Shown one piece after another: positions 59,217 to 64,000 of a stretch of DNA of 64,000 nt; within the stretch, counting starts at the first letter, position 1; the number at the start of each line of letters is the position of its first letter. The position numbers were made by a program, and so were the translations under genes. Source of the DNA: Escherichia coli O127:H6 str. E2348/69. Its GTDB lineage: Bacteria > Pseudomonadota > Gammaproteobacteria > Enterobacterales > Enterobacteriaceae. The notes beneath the pieces are model-generated. The model was not told the origin of the DNA. It saw nothing but the letters and a program-made list of their open reading frames with translations, and searched no databases. The stretch lies in assembly GCF_000026545.1 (NCBI RefSeq), contig NC_011601.1. One strand, 5' to 3'.

Positions 59217-60269
59217 ATGAATTATCAGAACGACGATTTACGCATCAAAGAAATCAAAGAGTTACTTCCTCCTGTCGCATTGCTGGAAAAATTCCCCGCT
59301 ACTGAAAATGCCGCGAATACGGTCGCCCATGCCCGAAAAGCGATCCATAAAATCCTGAAAGGTAATGATGATCGCCTGTTGGTGGTGATTGGCCCATGCT
59401 CAATTCATGATCCTGTCGCGGCTAAAGAGTATGCCGCTCGCTTGCTGACGCTGCGTGAAGAGCTGCAAGATGAGCTGGAAATCGTGATGCGCGTCTATTT
59501 TGAAAAGCCGCGTACTACGGTGGGCTGGAAAGGGCTGATTAACGATCCGCATATGGATAACAGCTTCCAGATCAACGACGGTCTGCGTATTGCCCGCAAA
59601 TTGCTGCTCGATATTAACGACAGCGGTCTGCCAGCGGCGGGTGAATTCCTGGATATGATCACCCCACAATATCTCGCTGACCTGATGAGCTGGGGCGCAA
59701 TTGGCGCACGTACTACGGAATCGCAGGTGCACCGCGAACTGGCATCAGGGCTTTCTTGCCCGGTAGGCTTCAAAAATGGCACTGATGGTACGATTAAAGT
59801 GGCTATCGATGCCATTAATGCCGCCGGTGCGCCGCACTGCTTCCTGTCCGTAACGAAATGGGGGCATTCGGCGATTGTGAATACCAGCGGTAACGGCGAT
59901 TGCCATATCATTCTGCGCGGCGGTAAAGAGCCTAACTACAGCGCGAAGCACGTTGCTGAAGTGAAAGAAGGGCTGAACAAAGCAGGCCTGCCAGCGCAGG
60001 TGATGATCGATTTCAGCCATGCTAACTCGTCAAAACAATTCAAAAAGCAGATGGATGTTTGTACTGACGTTTGCCAGCAGATTGCCGGTGGCGAAAAGGC
60101 CATTATTGGCGTGATGGTGGAAAGCCATCTGGTGGAAGGCAATCAGAGCCTCGAGAGCGGGGAACCGCTGGCCTACGGTAAGAGCATCACCGATGCCTGC
60201 ATTGGCTGGGATGATACCGATGCTCTGTTACGTCAACTGGCGAATGCAGTAAAAGCGCGTCGCGGGTAA
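59217..60269 (+). CDS. aroG: Phe-sensitive 3-deoxy-7-phosphoheptulonate (DAHP) synthase
   Basis: 350-aa ORF MNYQNDDLRIKEIKELLPPVALLEKFPATENAANTVAHARKAIHKILKG…. Confidence 0.96.
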   Translation: MNYQNDDLRIKEIKELLPPVALLEKFPATENAANTVAHARKAIHKILKGNDDRLLVVIGPCSIHDPVAAKEYAARLLTLREELQDELEIVMRVYFEKPRTTVGWKGLINDPHMDNSFQINDGLRIARKLLLDINDSGLPAAGEFLDMITPQYLADLMSWGAIGARTTESQVHRELASGLSCPVGFKNGTDGTIKVAIDAINAAGAPHCFLSVTKWGHSAIVNTSGNGDCHIILRGGKEPNYSAKHVAEVKEGLNKAGLPAQVMIDFSHANSSKQFKKQMDVCTDVCQQIAGGEKAIIGVMVESHLVEGNQSLESGEPLAYGKSITDACIGWDDTDALLRQLANAVKARRG

Positions 60270-60280
60270 AGTTTAATTGT

Positions 60281-60355
60281 CGGATGCGCCGTCAGAGTGG
60301 CGTATCCGATTAATCACCGGAGGCCTGATAAAACGCGCAGCGTCGCATCAGGCAA
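60281..60355. repeat. REP-type palindromic element downstream of aroG
   Basis: cggatgcgcc…ggcgtatccg and GCCTGATAAAACGCGCAGCGTCGCATCAGGC imperfect palindromes. Confidence 0.7.
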
Positions 60356-60385
60356 TGTGCTCCATTGTTAGCAACGACAAACAAA

Positions 60386-60423
60386 AAAGCCGACTCACTT
60401 GCAGTCGGCTTTCTCATTTTTAA
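60386..60423. terminator. Bidirectional intrinsic terminator between convergent aroG and gpmA
   Basis: gccgactcacttgcagtcggc hairpin flanked by an A-run on the 5' side and a T-run on the 3' side. Confidence 0.7.
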
Positions 60424-60434
60424 ACGAATGACGT

Positions 60435-61187
60435 TTACTTCGCTTTACCCTGGTTAGCAACCGCCGCTGCTTTCGCCGCGATCTCGTCAGCATTACCCAG
60501 ATAATAGCGTTTCAGCGGTTTGAAGTTCTCGTCAAACTCATAAACCAGCGGCACGCCGGTCGGGATATTCAGCTCAAGAATCTCTTCTTCGCTCATGTTA
60601 TCGAGATATTTCACCAGCGCACGTAACGAGTTACCGTGTGCGGCGATGATGACGCGCTCACCGCTCTTCATACGCGGCAGAATGGTTTCATTCCAGTAAG
60701 GGATCACGCGGTCAATGGTCAGCGCCAGGCTTTCCGTCAGCGGCAGTTCTTTCTCGCTCAGTTTCGCGTAACGCGGATCGTGACCCGGATAACGCTCATC
60801 ATCTTTAGTCAGTTCCGGCGGAGTCACCGCAAAACCACGACGCCACTGTTTCACCTGCTCGTCGCCATACTTTTCAGCGGTTTCCGCTTTGTTCAGACCC
60901 TGCAACGCACCGTAGTGACGTTCGTTCAGTTTCCAGGATTTCTCAACGGGCAGCCATGCCTGATCCAGTTCGTCCAGCACATTCCACAGGGTATGAATAG
61001 CGCGTTTCAGCACAGAGGTGTAAGCAAAGTCAAAGCTGTAACCTTCCTCTTTCAGCAGCTTACCTGCTGCTTTTGCTTCGCTTACGCCTTTCTCAGACAG
61101 ATCCACGTCGTACCAACCGGTGAAACGGTTTTCTTTGTTCCACTGACTTTCGCCATGACGAACCAGAACCAGCTTAGTTACAGCCAT
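60435..61187 (-). CDS. gpmA: 2,3-bisphosphoglycerate-dependent phosphoglycerate mutase
   Basis: 250 aa from [17 protein letters not shown]… (RHGE phospho-His motif); start trimmed by 5 codons. Confidence 0.96.
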
Positions 61188-61212
61188 ATACTTACTCCTC
61201 AAATCATCTTTT

Positions 61213-61233
61213 AATGATAATAATTCTCATTAT
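61213..61233. promoter_or_regulatory. Fur-box-like sequence in the gpmA promoter
   Basis: aatgataataattctcattat resembles the Fur consensus, immediately upstream of the gpmA start. Confidence 0.45.
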
Positions 61234-61389
61234 ATTGCCGTGACGAAGCAACAGCAATGCTTACGCATAACCATAGCGAAAATAGTGTCGCAGTGTAAGG
61301 TTGTTGTGAATATTGAGTTGCAAATATGTCGGTGTTTGCTGGTGATTTGAACAATATGAGGATAAAGCCCTCGTGACGAGGGCTTAACA

Positions 61390-62430
61390 TTACTGAGCAA
61401 TAAACTGATATTCTGTCAGGCTGGAATACTCTTCGCCAGGACGCAGGAAGCAGTCCGGTTGCGGCCATTCAGGGTGGTTCGGGCTGTCCGGCAGAAATTC
61501 GCTTTCCAGAGCCAGCCCTTGCCAGTCGGCGTAAGGTTCGGTTCCCCGCGACGGTGTGCCGCCGAGGAAGTTGCCGGAGTAGAATTGCAGAGCCGGAGCG
61601 GTGGTGTAGACCTTCAGCTGCAATTTTTCATCTGCTGACCAGACATGCGCCGCCACTTTCTTGCCATCGCCTTTGGCCTGTAACAAGAACGCGTGATCGT
61701 AACCTTTCACTTTGCGCTGATCGTCGTCGGCAAGAAACTCACTGGCGATGATTTTGGCGTTGCGGAAATCAAAAGAGGTTCCGGCGACAGATTTCAGGCC
61801 GTCGTGCGGAATGCCGCCTTCATCAACCGGCAGATATTCTTCCGCCAGAATCTGCAACTTATGATTGCGCACGTCAGACTGCTCGCCGTCAAGATTGAAA
61901 TAGACGTGATTAGTCATATTCACCGGGCAAGGTTTATCAACTGTGGCGCGATAAGTAATGGAGATACGGTTATCGTCGGTCAGACGATATTGCACCGTCG
62001 CGCCGAGATTACCCGGGAAACCCTGATCGCCATCATCTGAACTCAGAGCAAACAGCACCTGACGATCGTTCTGGTTCACAATCTGCCAGCGACGTTTGTC
62101 GAACCCTTCCGGGCCGCCGTGCAGCTGGTTAACGCCCTGACTTGGTGAAAGCGTCACGGTTCCACCGTCAAAGGTATAACGGCTATTGGCGATGCGGTTG
62201 GCATAACGACCAATAGAGGCCCCCAGAAATGCGGCCTGATCCTGATAGCATTCCGGGCTGGCGCAGCCAAGCAGCGCCTCGCGGACGCTGCCATCGGAAA
62301 GCGGAATACGGGCGGAAAGTAAAGTCGCACCCCAGTCCATCAGCGTGACTACCATCCCTGCGTTGTTACGCAAAGTTAACAGTCGGTACGGCTGACCATC
62401 GGGTGCCAGTGCGGGAGTTTCGTTCAGCAC
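61390..62430 (-). CDS. galM: Aldose 1-epimerase (galactose mutarotase)
   Basis: 346-aa ORF; last gene of the gal operon. Confidence 0.95.
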   Translation of the reverse strand: MLNETPALAPDGQPYRLLTLRNNAGMVVTLMDWGATLLSARIPLSDGSVREALLGCASPECYQDQAAFLGASIGRYANRIANSRYTFDGGTVTLSPSQGVNQLHGGPEGFDKRRWQIVNQNDRQVLFALSSDDGDQGFPGNLGATVQYRLTDDNRISITYRATVDKPCPVNMTNHVYFNLDGEQSDVRNHKLQILAEEYLPVDEGGIPHDGLKSVAGTSFDFRNAKIIASEFLADDDQRKVKGYDHAFLLQAKGDGKKVAAHVWSADEKLQLKVYTTAPALQFYSGNFLGGTPSRGTEPYADWQGLALESEFLPDSPNHPEWPQPDCFLRPGEEYSSLTEYQFIAQ

Positions 62431-63572
62431 TGTCCTGCTCCTTGTGATGGTTTACAAACGTAAAAAGTCTCTTTAATACCTGTTTTTGCTTCATATTGTT
62501 CAGCGACAGCTTGCTGTACGGCAGGCACCAGTTCTTCCGGGATCAACGCGACGATACAGCCACCAAATCCGCCGCCGGTCATGCGTACGCCACCTTTGTC
62601 GCCAATCACAGCTTTGACGATTTCTACCAGAGTGTCAATTTGCGGTACGGTGATTTCGAAATCATCGCGCATAGAGGCATGAGACTCCGCCATCAACTCG
62701 CCCATACGTTTCAGGTCGCCTTGCTCCAGTGCGCTGGCAGCTTCAACGGTGCGGGCGTTTTCAGTCAGGATATGACGCACGCGTTTCGCCACGATTGGGT
62801 CCAGTTCATGCGCAACAGCGTTGAACTCTTCAATGGTGACATCGCGCAGGGCTGGCTGCTGGAAGAAACGCGCACCGGTTTCGCACTGTTCACGACGGGT
62901 GTTGTATTCGCTGCCAACCAGGGTACGTTTGAAGTTACTGTTGATGATGACGACAGCCACACCTTTGGGCATGGAAACTGCTTTGGTCCCCAGTGAGCGG
63001 CAGTCAATCAGCAAGGCATGATCTTTCTTGCCGAGTGCGGAAATTAGCTGATCCATGATCCCGCAGTTACAGCCAACAAACTGGTTTTCTGCTTCCTGAC
63101 CGTTAAGCGCGATTTGTGCGCCGTCCAGCGGCAGATGATAAAGCTGCTGCAATACGGTTCCGACCGCGACTTCCAGTGAAGCGGAAGAACTTAACCCGGC
63201 CCCCTGCGGCACATTGCCGCTGATCACCATATCCACACCGCCGAAGCTGTTGTTACGCAGTTGCAGATGTTTCACCACGCCACGAACGTAGTTCGCCCAT
63301 TGATAGTTTTCATGCGCGACAATGGGCGCATCGAGGGAAAACTCGTCGAGCTGATTTTCATAATCGGCTGCCATTACGCGAACTTTACGGTCATCGCGTG
63401 GCGCACAGCTGATCACGGTTTGATAATCAATCGCGCAGGGCAGAACGAAACCGTCGTTGTAGTCGGTGTGTTCACCAATCAAATTCACGCGGCCAGGCGC
63501 CTGAATGGTGCGAGTGGCAGGGTAGCCAAATGCGTTGGCAAACAGAGATTGTGTTTTTTCTTTCAGACTCAT
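62424..63572 (-). CDS. galK: Galactokinase
   Basis: 382-aa GHMP-kinase ORF (PxGSGLSSSA motif). Confidence 0.96.
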   Translation of the reverse strand: MSLKEKTQSLFANAFGYPATRTIQAPGRVNLIGEHTDYNDGFVLPCAIDYQTVISCAPRDDRKVRVMAADYENQLDEFSLDAPIVAHENYQWANYVRGVVKHLQLRNNSFGGVDMVISGNVPQGAGLSSSASLEVAVGTVLQQLYHLPLDGAQIALNGQEAENQFVGCNCGIMDQLISALGKKDHALLIDCRSLGTKAVSMPKGVAVVIINSNFKRTLVGSEYNTRREQCETGARFFQQPALRDVTIEEFNAVAHELDPIVAKRVRHILTENARTVEAASALEQGDLKRMGELMAESHASMRDDFEITVPQIDTLVEIVKAVIGDKGGVRMTGGGFGGCIVALIPEELVPAVQQAVAEQYEAKTGIKETFYVCKPSQGAGQC

Positions 63573-63575
63573 TTC

Positions 63576-64000
<425 letters not shown>

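Overview
This window reads as an Escherichia coli-type chromosomal segment running from the 3' end of chiP to the 3' end of galT: chiQ, fur-uof, fldA, ybfE, ybfF, seqA, pgm, potE-speF-speFL, kdpFABC/kdpDE, ybfA, ybgA-phr, dtpD, ybgI-pxpBCA, nei, abrB, gltA, sdhCDAB-sucABCD with the sdhX 3'UTR sRNA, mngR, cydABX-ybgE, ybgC-tolQRA-tolB-pal-cpoB, a lys/val tRNA array, nadA-pnuC, zitB, ybgS, aroG, gpmA and galM-galK-galT'. Gene calls rest on the supplied ORF translations matched to protein families I recognise from memory; no database search was run, and all comparisons to the K-12 layout are also from memory. Most of the window is ordinary conserved core. The accessory hotspot is 40.1-45.4 kb: a roughly 1.55 kb IS50-like (IS4-family) element with OE-like and IE-like ends sits between a 3'-truncated mngA and a 20-codon stub of a glmL-like gene, with no target-site duplication. 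Next to it are an intact but orphaned glutamate-mutase S-subunit-like gene and an AT-rich two-gene cassette (314 aa and 140 aa) that I cannot assign to any family. That cassette is the best candidate here for an undescribed system, but the sequence alone does not establish a function. Other departures from the K-12 layout: no RhsC element between ybfA and ybgA, no ybfP/ybfG between pgm and potE, only a short remnant where the ybgOPQD fimbrial operon would be, a shorter TolA repeat domain, and an eighth tRNA in the lys/val array created by a perfect 109-bp tandem duplication, followed by a duplicated tRNA-3'-end/terminator module.
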